Source of the DNA: Bacteroidota bacterium
Lineage (GTDB): Bacteria > Bacteroidota > Bacteroidia > AKYH767-A > 2013-40CM-41-45
Direction of reading: 5' to 3'
DNA length: 64,000 nt
Assembly (NCBI GenBank): GCA_043783155.1
Contig: JAYVZS010000054.1
Span: forward strand, 411 to 64,410
Part shown: positions 1 through 9,035 of the stretch, in pieces
Layout: each line of letters begins with the position of its first letter
Numbering within the stretch: the stretch's first letter is position 1
Notes under the pieces: model-generated
The model's database searches: none
What the model saw: the letters and a program-made list of their open reading frames with translations, nothing else
Told to the model about the DNA's origin: nothing
Program-made: the position numbers and the translations under genes

Positions 1-421
1 GAAGAAATCTAAGCTTCCCGGAGCCGGCAAAGGTTTGTTTACCCGTGTTGATATTCCTAAAGGTACGCGCATCGTGGAGTATAAAGGGCGACTGCAACCA
101 TGGAAAGATGTGAAACATGAAGACGGACGCAATGCCTATTTGTTTAAAATTAATTCACGCGTTGCAATCAATGCAGAGCAGTATTTAAAAACGTTTGGTC
201 GCTACGCAAATGATGCAAGAGGTTTTATTCGAGCAGAAGGATTGCGTAACAATGCCGATTACGAAGTGGAAGGGAACCGTTGTTTTATGGATGCGACACG
301 GAAAATTAAAAAAGGCGAAGAAATATTTGTCGCTTACGGAGGCAATTTCTGGTCGTTGATGAGGAAGATCAGGAAGGAAACAGAAAAGCAAACCAAACAA
401 TTTTCTACTTTCAACAAATGA
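1..421 (+). CDS. SET domain-containing protein-lysine N-methyltransferase (5' end truncated by window edge)
   Basis: The reading frame is open from the first base of the window (KKSKLPGAGKGLFTRVDIPKGTRIVEYKG...). A GxG motif near the N-terminus, YxG and a C-terminal GEEIFVAYGGNFW segment resemble small bacterial and archaeal SET domains. The ORF track lists 35..421. Confidence 0.55.
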   Translation, partial: KKSKLPGAGKGLFTRVDIPKGTRIVEYKGRLQPWKDVKHEDGRNAYLFKINSRVAINAEQYLKTFGRYANDARGFIRAEGLRNNADYEVEGNRCFMDATRKIKKGEEIFVAYGGNFWSLMRKIRKETEKQTKQFSTFNK

Positions 422-915
422 AAACACTTTATCTTCTCCGCCACTCCAAATCAAGTTGGGATCATACTGAAATTTCAGATTTCGACAGGCCGCTAAATGA
501 ACGGGGTTATTCAGATGCTCATCTGATGGGTCAGTCTCTTTTTGAAAAAAAGATCAATCCTGATCTCATTATTTCAAGTCCGGCAATACGAGCGATGAGT
601 ACGGCGCTTATTTTTTCTCTTCACCTCAAATATCCTGTCGATCAAATCCGGATCAGGAAAGATTTATATGACTCAACAATGAAACACTATTTACAAATCA
701 TAGCAGAGGTGGAAGAAGTGTCGTCAATCATGCTTGCCGGACATAATGAAACCATTACGGAGATTGCTCAAAAACTTTCAACGCAACGCATTCTCGAACT
801 AAAAACCTGCGCTGTTGTGGCGCTTGAGTTTGATATCAGGTCGTGGAAAGAAATCGGTACTTCGAAAGGAAAACTGATCTTTCATTTTGATCCGAACACG
901 ATAAAAGACTCATAA
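418..915 (+). CDS. histidine phosphatase family protein (SixA-like phosphohistidine phosphatase / PGM superfamily)
   Basis: The N-terminal LYLLRHSKSSW (RHG-type catalytic His motif) and its ~165 aa size fit the family. Its ATG overlaps the SET gene stop (ATGA), which suggests translational coupling. Confidence 0.6.
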   Translation: MKTLYLLRHSKSSWDHTEISDFDRPLNERGYSDAHLMGQSLFEKKINPDLIISSPAIRAMSTALIFSLHLKYPVDQIRIRKDLYDSTMKHYLQIIAEVEEVSSIMLAGHNETITEIAQKLSTQRILELKTCAVVALEFDIRSWKEIGTSKGKLIFHFDPNTIKDS

Positions 916-1079
916 AACCAATGTTAAGTTAATATTAAGGTTGCCGTTTTTCTTGTCTTATTGAGGAATTTTCCAAAGATTTACTGCCTTCTAAGTCATA
1001 GCTTTACATAGCTCCTGATAATACTTGCCTGAACACAGGGAAATTTGCTTAACTTCATCACTTGTAAACCTTATTTGTT

Positions 1080-1358
1080 ATGGACAAAAAACTAAAAAAA
1101 AAAATTGAGACTCAGATTGTAAGTGCAATCGAAGGAATTCTTTCCAGTATCAACACGTCCGCTTCGGAATCCGCGAAAAAGAAAATTAAAGAAGCGGGAA
1201 AGATGATCGCTAAAAAATTCGCTAAGGAGGTTGCTTCATCTCAAAAGAAAAGTACGAAGGCAAGTGCTCCCAAAAAGGACGCGAAGAAAAAGAGCAGCGG
1301 TATTCTTCCCAGGCCAAAGCGCGACAGTCACGGGAGATTTTCAAAGAAGAAAAAATAA
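1080..1358 (+). CDS. lysine/alanine-rich histone H1-like DNA-binding protein
   Basis: This 92-aa protein is dominated by K, A and S (KKKIKEAGK, AKKFAKE, APKKDAKKK, SKKKK), like Bacteroidota 'histone H1-like' proteins. Its stop lies 2 bp before the ppk1 start. Confidence 0.5.
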   Translation: MDKKLKKKIETQIVSAIEGILSSINTSASESAKKKIKEAGKMIAKKFAKEVASSQKKSTKASAPKKDAKKKSSGILPRPKRDSHGRFSKKKK

Positions 1359-1360
1359 CA

Positions 1361-3505
1361 GTGGGAAGTTTTAATATGTTAAAGAATAAGAATTTTTTTA
1401 TCAATCGTGACCTAAGCTGGCTTTCATTCAATGCGCGGGTGTTACAGGAAGCCGAAGATCCCAATGTACCTGTGTTAGAGCGTATCCGGTTTCTCGGAAT
1501 TTTTTCGAATAACCTGGATGAGTTTTTCAAAGTTCGTGTAGCGACCATTCGAAGAATGACGAAGCTCGGAAAAAAAGCGAAAGATCTGCTGGGTGCGGAT
1601 CCGGATGAATTGCTCGACAGGATTCAAAAAATTGTGATCAGGCAGCAGGAAAAATCGGAGGCCATTTATCATCGTTTATTAAAGGAACTGGAGCATGAAA
1701 ATATTTTCATCATTGATGAAAAGCAACTTACTCCGGAAGAAGGGAAATATGTACGTGATTATTTTCTCGACAACGTTTTTCCGTTTCTCGTGCCGGTGAT
1801 GATTGATACGGCCCCTAAATTCCCTTACCTGAAAGACAAAGCCATTTACCTCGCCATTAAACTCAGCAGGAAAGATAAATCCAGGAAATCAAAATATTCA
1901 TTGATTGAAATTCCGACGGATGTGGTATCTCGCTTCCTTGTTCTTCCGGCAGAGGAAAATAAAAAGAAAATTATCCTGCTCGATGATGTGATTCGCTACT
2001 GCCTCGATACCATCTTTTCAATTTTTGATTATGATGAACTGGAAGCGTATACTGTTAAGATGACGCGGGATGCTGAATTGGACATCGACAATGATATTTC
2101 GAAAAGCTGGGTAGAAAAAATTTCCAAAAGTGTAAAAGAGAGAAAGAAGGGCGATCCTGTTCGTCTTGCATACGATCAGAAAATCCCTGTCGACTTACTC
2201 AATTTTATTCTGAAAAAAATAAAACTACACAAGGAGGAGTCGTTGATTCCAGGCGGACGTTATCACAACTTCAAAGATTTCATTAATTTCCCTAACGTTG
2301 GACGTGCTGCCTTACGTTATCATATTCCGCATACACTTGATCATCCTGATCTGAGCGGAAAAGCAAGTTTATTCAAAGTGATTAAAGAGAAAGATATTCT
2401 TCTTGCATATCCTTACCAGTCGTTTCATCACATCAACGATCTGTTGCGCGAAGCTTCCATTGACCCCAAAGTGCAATCGATAAAAATTACGATGTACCGT
2501 GCAGCGAAAAGTTCAGGAATCATTAATGCACTCATCAATGCTGTAAAAAACGGAAAACAGGTGACGGCTGTTGTTGAATTGCAGGCAAGATTTGATGAAG
2601 AAGCGAATATTTATTTTGCGAATAAACTGGAAGAGGCGGGAGCGAAAGTGATATTCGGAGTTCCGGGACTGAAAGTTCATTCCAAGTTATTTGTGATTAC
2701 GAGAAAAGAAAACGGCAAACTTGTGAATTACGCTCATATCGGTACCGGCAATTTCAACGAACAAACTGCTAAAATATATTGCGATCATTCTTTGCTGACT
2801 GCTGACAAACGCATTACGGAGGAAGTGGTAAAGTTGTTCAACTTTTACCAGGATAATTTTAAAACAGGAATGTACAAGCATCTTGTTGTCGCCCCGTTCA
2901 GCATGCGCGAAAAATTTATGCATCTTATTCACAAAGAAATAAAAAATGCGAAAGAAGGAAAACCCGCTTATATCATTTTGAAAATGAATAGTCTTGTCGA
3001 CAATGAAATGATCAAAAAGCTTTACAAGGCGGGAGAAGAAGGAGTCAAGATTAAATTAATTATTCGGGGCACATGTTCACTTGTTCCTGGAATAAAAGGC
3101 GTGAGCGACAACATTGAAGTGATCAGCATTGTAGATAAATTTCTGGAGCATAGCCGTATATTTATTTTTGCGAACGGAGGCGAAGAAAAATATTATCTTT
3201 CTTCCGGCGACTGGATGTTCCGCAACCTGGATGCGCGTTCTGAAGTCGCTGTTCCCGTTTATGATAAAGATATTCAGCGGCATCTAAGGCAGTATATCAC
3301 CATCCAGTTAAAAGACAATACGAAGGCGCGCATCGTCAGCAAAGCGCAGGACAATTCGTATGTTCAATCTGTAGGCGGAAAATCGGTTCGTGCGCAGGAT
3401 GATATTTATAAATGGCTGTTGAGTGAAAAATCGGCTCGAAGAAATAGTTCTGAAGGAGTGCCGGTTGCCGGACATAAGCATTCACAGCCGCTTATTTTAA
3501 ATTGA
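1361..3505 (+). CDS. ppk: polyphosphate kinase 1
   Basis: The N-terminus has the PPK1 signature (NRDLSWLSFNARVLQEAEDPNVPVLERIRFLGIFSNNLDEFFKVRVA). The ~710 aa size and C-terminal PLD-like domains match. An alternative start is M at 1376. Confidence 0.9.
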   Translation: MGSFNMLKNKNFFINRDLSWLSFNARVLQEAEDPNVPVLERIRFLGIFSNNLDEFFKVRVATIRRMTKLGKKAKDLLGADPDELLDRIQKIVIRQQEKSEAIYHRLLKELEHENIFIIDEKQLTPEEGKYVRDYFLDNVFPFLVPVMIDTAPKFPYLKDKAIYLAIKLSRKDKSRKSKYSLIEIPTDVVSRFLVLPAEENKKKIILLDDVIRYCLDTIFSIFDYDELEAYTVKMTRDAELDIDNDISKSWVEKISKSVKERKKGDPVRLAYDQKIPVDLLNFILKKIKLHKEESLIPGGRYHNFKDFINFPNVGRAALRYHIPHTLDHPDLSGKASLFKVIKEKDILLAYPYQSFHHINDLLREASIDPKVQSIKITMYRAAKSSGIINALINAVKNGKQVTAVVELQARFDEEANIYFANKLEEAGAKVIFGVPGLKVHSKLFVITRKENGKLVNYAHIGTGNFNEQTAKIYCDHSLLTADKRITEEVVKLFNFYQDNFKTGMYKHLVVAPFSMREKFMHLIHKEIKNAKEGKPAYIILKMNSLVDNEMIKKLYKAGEEGVKIKLIIRGTCSLVPGIKGVSDNIEVISIVDKFLEHSRIFIFANGGEEKYYLSSGDWMFRNLDARSEVAVPVYDKDIQRHLRQYITIQLKDNTKARIVSKAQDNSYVQSVGGKSVRAQDDIYKWLLSEKSARRNSSEGVPVAGHKHSQPLILN

Positions 3506-3587
3506 CATCGGAGTATTGATAAGATTTTTTTTGTCATGAAAATAACCACCCTTTTTTTATCATTTTTGTTTAAGAAATCTTTCTCAA

Positions 3588-4484
3588 ATGAAATATGCTG
3601 CGATTGATATCGGTTCCAATGCCTCACGGTTGTTGTTAAGCAATGTGGTGGAAGAAAGCGGGGAAACTCATTTCAAAAAGGCAGAGCTCATTCGCATTCC
3701 ATTGCGCTTGGGAGAAGATGCTTTTACATTGGGAAAAATTTCGGAGAAGAAGGCGTCGAGGTTCATCAAGATCATGCATGCCTATAAACTTTTGATCGAC
3801 GTTTTTGAACCCGTTGATTTCCGTGCCTGCGCTACTTCTGCTATGCGAGATGCCTCCAACGGGGAAGAAATTATGCAGCGTATCCGTAAAGAGTGCGGGT
3901 TGAAAATTGAAATTATCACCGGTCGGGAAGAAGCGGATCTTATTTTTTCAAATCATGTGGAAGAACACCTCGATAAAAACAATTCGTATCTCTATATTGA
4001 CGTTGGAGGAGGAAGCACGGAGGTTACGTTGTTTTCAGGTGGACGATGTCTTGTTTCCCAATCGTTTGATATCGGAACCATCCGTTGGCTCAATCAGCAG
4101 GTACCGAAGGAAAAATGGTATGAGTTTAAAGATTGGGTGCGACTGATTACAAATGGTCATCAGCCATTAACAGCGATCGGCTCCGGAGGAAACATCAATA
4201 AGATTTTTAAAATGCTGAGACGGAAAGAAGGACAAACGCTTCCGTTTGAAAAGCTGAAAGAAATCTATGCTGAAATGAAGCTTCACACAGTTGAAGAACG
4301 AATGGAAATATGGGGACTTAACCCCGATCGTGCAGATGTGATTGTCCCTGCCGCTAAAATTTTTCTCGGTGTGATGAAAGCCGCTCAGATCAATGAAATT
4401 ATTGTTCCCCAGATTGGCTTATCAGATGGTATCGTTCACCAGTTGCATGAAAAGAACAGGCAAAAGGCATTGCAAAATGTTTGA
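3588..4484 (+). CDS. ppx: exopolyphosphatase / Ppx-GppA family phosphatase
   Basis: The N-terminal AAIDIGSNASRLL (actin-like ATPase fold phosphate-1 motif of Ppx/GppA) is present, and the gene sits immediately downstream of ppk. Confidence 0.8.
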   Translation: MKYAAIDIGSNASRLLLSNVVEESGETHFKKAELIRIPLRLGEDAFTLGKISEKKASRFIKIMHAYKLLIDVFEPVDFRACATSAMRDASNGEEIMQRIRKECGLKIEIITGREEADLIFSNHVEEHLDKNNSYLYIDVGGGSTEVTLFSGGRCLVSQSFDIGTIRWLNQQVPKEKWYEFKDWVRLITNGHQPLTAIGSGGNINKIFKMLRRKEGQTLPFEKLKEIYAEMKLHTVEERMEIWGLNPDRADVIVPAAKIFLGVMKAAQINEIIVPQIGLSDGIVHQLHEKNRQKALQNV

Positions 4485-4650
4485 GTGAATTTTGTGATTG
4501 AATGATTTTTTCGTCTCCGGAGAAACTAAATACAACATCCGTTGTTATCCTGTTGTTAGTCATTGGTAATTTAGTTTGGTGTTTGTAGACTCTCCCTGTT
4601 GTTTTTTACGGAACGCTGAACTAATTCCTACAGACTCTTAACTCAACCCG

Positions 4651-5112
4651 ATGCATTTATTTCAACGGACTACTCAAATAGAGAAAAACACAGGTGAGGT
4701 TTTTAATTTTTTCAGCAAGGTCGAAAACCTGAACCTGATTACTCCGCCTGAATTGCAGTTTAAAATATTGACTCCGTTACCGGTTGTGATGGAGTGGGGT
4801 ACATTGATTGATTATCAACTGAAGCTAAACGGAATTCCATTCCGCTGGAAAACAAAAATCATTCACTGGGATCCACCTTTTACCTTTATTGACTTGCAGG
4901 TAAAAGGTCCGTATCGAATATGGAAGCATACACATTCATTTATTGATAAGGGTAATTTTACTGAAATGAGTGACCGGGTGGAATACCTTGCTCCGGGCTG
5001 GATTTTAGAACCTTTGTTGAACCGTTTTTTCATTCGAAAAAAGGTGGAAGGAATATTTGATTACCGTGAGAAACAAGTTCAAAAGTATTTTAAAAATTCT
5101 TTTCTTAAATAA
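4651..5112 (+). CDS. SRPBCC (START/Bet v1-like) family protein
   Basis: The size (153 aa) and sequence character resemble polyketide cyclase/dehydrase-like SRPBCC proteins. No catalytic motif was verified. Confidence 0.4.
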   Translation: MHLFQRTTQIEKNTGEVFNFFSKVENLNLITPPELQFKILTPLPVVMEWGTLIDYQLKLNGIPFRWKTKIIHWDPPFTFIDLQVKGPYRIWKHTHSFIDKGNFTEMSDRVEYLAPGWILEPLLNRFFIRKKVEGIFDYREKQVQKYFKNSFLK

Positions 5113-5188
5113 AATAAGGATACGTGATATTCTTAACCTCCTTTGTTGTTAAAATAAATGAAACTTTTAACTTTGAGAAAAAAAACTC

Positions 5189-5581
5189 ATGGCACTTACA
5201 CCGGAAACAAAAAAAATAATTTTTGAAAAAGTAAAAAAACAATTGGAAGCATGCACCCCACCGATGGTTTATAAAAAAGGATCTGAAGATGGGTATGAAC
5301 TGATGGGTAACAAACCTGTCCCGTACGGGTTCAAAAAAGAAATTGTACCGGGAATGTATTTTGCTTCAGTGGTAATACGGAAGGATTCAGTTAACTTTTA
5401 TTTTTTTCCTACTTATATGAATCCTGACGAATTTAAAAGTCTTGCTCCGACTATTTACAAATGCCTGAAAGGAAAAACATGTTTCCATTTTAAGAAAGAA
5501 GAGCAGGTGGATGAAAAAGAATTGAGCGCGATGTTAAAAAAAGGAGTGCAGGCATGGAAGAAGGCCGGCTATTTGAAATGA
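5189..5581 (+). CDS. hypothetical protein (DUF1801/YdhG-like)
   Basis: This is a 130-aa basic protein. The family call is from memory of the domain pattern only. Confidence 0.3.
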   Translation: MALTPETKKIIFEKVKKQLEACTPPMVYKKGSEDGYELMGNKPVPYGFKKEIVPGMYFASVVIRKDSVNFYFFPTYMNPDEFKSLAPTIYKCLKGKTCFHFKKEEQVDEKELSAMLKKGVQAWKKAGYLK

Positions 5582-5613
5582 ATGGATTGAATCTGTTTTT
5601 TCTTATTCACCTG

Positions 5614-6042
5614 TTATGGTTGTTCGCAAAGCTGCCAAAAGTTATTTAAGATAGAAACGGCTGCAACAAAATTTTCAAAAGTGATCGGCTTGATTACATA
5701 ACCGGCAACATTATAATTGTATGCTTCAAAACGATCCTTGTCATCATTGGAAGTAGTCATTACAAAAACACTGATGCTGTGAAGAGCCGGATCCGCTCTT
5801 AATTCTTTCAGGAACTCGAGCCCGTTCATTTTCGGCATGTTGATGTCAAGAAGAATGATACGCGGAAGCGGAGTGATTTTTTGTTCTCCGTTTGTCCCTC
5901 TTAATTTATCGAGTGCTACAACGCCATTGTGAGCAATGTTAAGCGGGTTGAGAATGTTGTTTTTTTTGAATGCACGCTGTACATTCATAACATCCACTTC
6001 ATCGTCTTCAACCAAAAGAATATTTACAATTTTATCTGACAT
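5614..6042 (-). CDS. single-domain response regulator (CheY-like receiver)
   Basis: ILLVEDDEVD, ILLDINMPKMNG (phospho-acceptor Asp) and VIKP (conserved Lys) are all present. Confidence 0.8.
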   Translation of the reverse strand: MSDKIVNILLVEDDEVDVMNVQRAFKKNNILNPLNIAHNGVVALDKLRGTNGEQKITPLPRIILLDINMPKMNGLEFLKELRADPALHSISVFVMTTSNDDKDRFEAYNYNVAGYVIKPITFENFVAAVSILNNFWQLCEQP

Positions 6043-6254
6043 TTTATTTGATATTAAAGTTCAATTTGAGATTACAAGTGCATTGCTGAAATCAATCAAA
6101 CGTTGTTTGGATGCGAATTATAAATCTGACGTGCCGCTATGTTTACGTATATTATTTTCATAAGGTTATTCAGCAAAATGACCGGATTTCTTACAGTTCA
6201 GTATCATTCTTCGTAAACCGGCGTAAAGGGTAGCCATAGAAACAGAAGTGTGTC

Positions 6255-7640
6255 ATGAATAAACTACTAAACAGAATTTTCAGGAGAGATCTCTACGAAA
6301 AGATTCCGTCGGATGATCTGATGTCGAAACAGCGGTTTGCACTGTTCAGAATATATTCAATAAGTGCGTTTATTGCTGCTGTTGCTGTGAGCATCCAGGA
6401 ACAATTAACATTTGAGAATCCGGGTTTTCTGCCACCGCTTTTATTGGTGCTGGCGGCTGTTTTTATCACCAACTATTTTGTGGTGAAGGAAGTAGACCGA
6501 CTTCCCATCGCTTACGGTATCCTGCTGATCGCGAGTTTATTTTTAATTCATGTGCAGGCGTATAACAGCGGCGGAGTAAAAAACTCAGGCACATTCTATC
6601 TCTGTGTTCCTGTTCTCTCGGCTTTTATGCTTCTGGGAACAAGATGGGGAAAATTATTCACGGGTTTGGTTGTACTTCATATTGCATATCTGTATTGTAT
6701 CACTGAATTTACCAACTGGACAAATTATAGTTTGTTCGGAAATGACATGCATGAGATCAACCAGGATTTTATGATTACGATGACGGTTGCATTTATTCTT
6801 GTGGCGGCGCAAAGCAGTTACCTGCACAGCGGAAAAAATATCATCATTGAGAAAATAACCGAGTCAAGAAATCAACTGGCGCAAAAGAACATTCAGTTGG
6901 AAGCATACACGCGTGATTTGGAAAAGACCAACCGTGAACTTGATAAATTTGCGTCCATCGTATCACATGATCTGAAAGCTCCGCTTCGCGCCATCGGTAA
7001 TCTTACAGGATGGATCGAAGAAGATGCCGGTGATATATTTACTCCTGAAGTGAAAGCGAATTTCAACATCATCAAAGGCCGTGTGAAAAGAATGGAAGAT
7101 CTGATCAATGCAATTCTTGATTATTCGAAGGCCGATAGGCAGGTGATAAGTGATGAAGTGAAGTTCGATACCAAACAATTGATTGAAGAGACTGTTGATT
7201 TTATCGGTCGACCTGATAATCTTACGCTCACCCTTTCGGATAAAATTCCAACAATTAAAAGTGACCGCACACGAATGGAACAGATTTTTTCCAATCTCAT
7301 CAATAACTCGATTAAATACACCGACAAAAAAGATATCCGGGTGCATGTTGGAGTAGAAGAACAAAAAGACGGTTGGATATTTTCAGTAAAAGACAACGGT
7401 CCGGGTATTGAAAAACAATATCACGAAAAAGTATTTGTCATTTTCCAGACACTGAACCGGAGAGATGAAGTTGAAAGCACAGGTGTGGGGCTGGCCATTG
7501 TGAAGAAAATTATAGAAGACCAGGGCGGTAAGATTTGGGTGGAATCTGAACCGGGTAAGGGTGCAGATTTCAAATTCTTCTGGCCAAAAACAAAAAAAAT
7601 AAAAGACACTGAATTGATTGCAGCCACTATTCTCGTGTAA
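6255..7640 (+). CDS. sensor histidine kinase with polytopic N-terminal membrane sensor domain
   Basis: The N-terminal half has ~6 hydrophobic helices, then a coiled coil. The HisKA H-box is FASIVSHDLKAPLRAI. The HATPase_c part has N-box NLINNSIKYT, DNGPGI and GTGVGLAIVKKI. Confidence 0.8.
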   Translation: MNKLLNRIFRRDLYEKIPSDDLMSKQRFALFRIYSISAFIAAVAVSIQEQLTFENPGFLPPLLLVLAAVFITNYFVVKEVDRLPIAYGILLIASLFLIHVQAYNSGGVKNSGTFYLCVPVLSAFMLLGTRWGKLFTGLVVLHIAYLYCITEFTNWTNYSLFGNDMHEINQDFMITMTVAFILVAAQSSYLHSGKNIIIEKITESRNQLAQKNIQLEAYTRDLEKTNRELDKFASIVSHDLKAPLRAIGNLTGWIEEDAGDIFTPEVKANFNIIKGRVKRMEDLINAILDYSKADRQVISDEVKFDTKQLIEETVDFIGRPDNLTLTLSDKIPTIKSDRTRMEQIFSNLINNSIKYTDKKDIRVHVGVEEQKDGWIFSVKDNGPGIEKQYHEKVFVIFQTLNRRDEVESTGVGLAIVKKIIEDQGGKIWVESEPGKGADFKFFWPKTKKIKDTELIAATILV

Positions 7641-7713
7641 GAAACACAATCAAATCAGGATAACCATTCTCGCGATCAGCAGTAAACCTGTTAGTAATAT
7701 TAATAAAACTAAC

Positions 7714-8067
7714 ATGCAAACAAAAAAAAACAGAACTAGTGAAAAATCAGAAACCGCTTCTCTAAAGGTTATTGTTGTGGAAAATGACCAGGCGAGGATT
7801 GAGCGCGAGATCGAAAAGAACATCCAGAAGATCAGAGCACTCATTCGTAAACTTCGACCGGCAGACCGACAGAAATATTTTGACGGTTTACTTTCTCACA
7901 TGCTGAGTGAGCCTGTTGAATTATCGCAACACCCGAATTCGATGAATAAAAAACGGAATTCAGAAAAAGATTATAGTACTCTTTCTTTTGCTGAGATGAA
8001 ATTAATTGAGGAATTGTCCTTGAAGATCGAACAACTTTACAGGACAATGGATCAAGATCTTTCCTGA
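7714..8067 (+). CDS. hypothetical small coiled-coil protein
   Basis: The track ORF 7618..8067 overlaps the kinase stop, so the internal ATG at 7714 is the more plausible start. The gene is followed by a convincing terminator hairpin. Confidence 0.3.
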   Translation: MQTKKNRTSEKSETASLKVIVVENDQARIEREIEKNIQKIRALIRKLRPADRQKYFDGLLSHMLSEPVELSQHPNSMNKKRNSEKDYSTLSFAEMKLIEELSLKIEQLYRTMDQDLS

Positions 8068-8100
8068 GCTAAAACGACCCCTACATTTTTTCAGGAATTT

Positions 8101-8140
8101 AATGCAGTCCCGCTAAAACCGGGATTGCATTTTTATTATT
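8101..8140 (+). terminator. rho-independent terminator
   Basis: AATGCAGTCCCG-ctaaaa-CGGGATTGCATT forms a 12-bp stem with one G-U pair. It is followed by TTTTATTATTT. Confidence 0.5.
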
Positions 8141-8245
8141 TATACATCAACTTTCTGCCGAGTTTTTTTCTTTAATCATAATGGAAAGCTAAACTCATTG
8201 TTGGATGATTTTATTTTTTTACTTTTATTCGCTTAAAGAGTAAGG

Positions 8246-8908
8246 GTGAAAAAAATTGTAAAAAAACATTCGCTTGCAGTTCGTTGGTTTCATTGGCTCA
8301 ACTTTCCGATTCTCTTCGTCATGATCTGGAGTGGTTTACTCATCTACTGGGCTAATGATATTTACAAACTCGGTTGGGGCGATACCACCATCCTGAAATT
8401 TTTTCCCGATACATTTTACAAGGCTTTAAACGTTCCTTTTCAACTGGCGAAAGGAATGTCGTTTCATTTTCTTTTTATGTGGCTCTTTGCCATCAACGGA
8501 TTCCTCTATGTACTCTATACTTTTATTTCCGGTGAATGGCGTGTGCTGTTTCCGAACCGTCATTCTTTCAAAGAAGCGTGGCAGGTTTTATTGCATGATT
8601 TATACCTCAGTAAGAAAAAACTTCCGGAACGTAAATTTAACGGAGCACAACAAATCGCTTATACTTCTATTATCTTTATGGGAATTGGTTCTTTGCTTAC
8701 GGGCCTGGCCATTTACAAGCCGATACAGTTTGCATTCATTACAAAAATATTAGGAGGATATGAGGCCGCACGTATAGAACATTTTGTTCTTACGATTGGT
8801 TATGTATTGTTTTTTGTCATCCACATTATGCAGGTGATTCGTGCCGGGTGGAATAACTTCAGAGCCATGGTGGCGGGGTGGGAAGTGGTGGAGGAGGAAG
8901 ATGTTTGA
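8246..8908 (+). CDS. cytochrome b-type membrane subunit (MsrQ/YedZ-like or thiosulfate-reductase cytochrome b-like)
   Basis: HSLAVRWFHWLNF at the N-terminus (heme-ligand His pattern of b-type cytochromes) and 4-5 TM helices. It is paired with a molybdopterin oxidoreductase downstream. Confidence 0.5.
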   Translation: MKKIVKKHSLAVRWFHWLNFPILFVMIWSGLLIYWANDIYKLGWGDTTILKFFPDTFYKALNVPFQLAKGMSFHFLFMWLFAINGFLYVLYTFISGEWRVLFPNRHSFKEAWQVLLHDLYLSKKKLPERKFNGAQQIAYTSIIFMGIGSLLTGLAIYKPIQFAFITKILGGYEAARIEHFVLTIGYVLFFVIHIMQVIRAGWNNFRAMVAGWEVVEEEDV

Positions 8909-8934
8909 GAGGGTTTGTGTGTTTGAGTATTTAT

Positions 8935-8981
8935 GTGTTGAAGTGTTGAAGAGAGTGGGAGAGTGGGAGAGTGGGAGAGTG
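8935..8981. repeat. tandem octamer microsatellites (GTGTTGAA)x2 followed by (GAGAGTGG)x3.9
   Basis: Read directly from the sequence: gtgttgaa gtgttgaa gagagtgg gagagtgg gagagtgg gagagtg. The tract is intergenic, between the cytochrome b gene and the Mo-oxidoreductase gene. Confidence 0.8.
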
Positions 8982-9035
8982 TATAAAAAGATAATCAAGG
9001 TAGCCGTAAAATATTTTACTTAGGTTTAATGCAGA

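Noticed and set aside
1222-1672. Minus-strand ORFs 1222..1548 and 1475..1672 overlapping the H1-like and ppk genes
   Set aside because: Both are antisense to ppk1, whose homology is unambiguous.
7618-7713. Upstream extension of the small ORF overlapping the histidine kinase stop
   Set aside because: The overlap with the kinase C-terminus and a good internal ATG at 7714 make the shorter form more plausible. The gene itself is retained at low confidence.
8841-9023. 60-aa ORF (MPGGITSEPWWRGGKWWRRK...) spanning the end of the cytochrome b gene and the octamer repeats
   Set aside because: Its composition is dictated by the purine-rich tandem repeats, and it overlaps the 3' end of a well-supported gene. 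It is most likely non-coding spacer.
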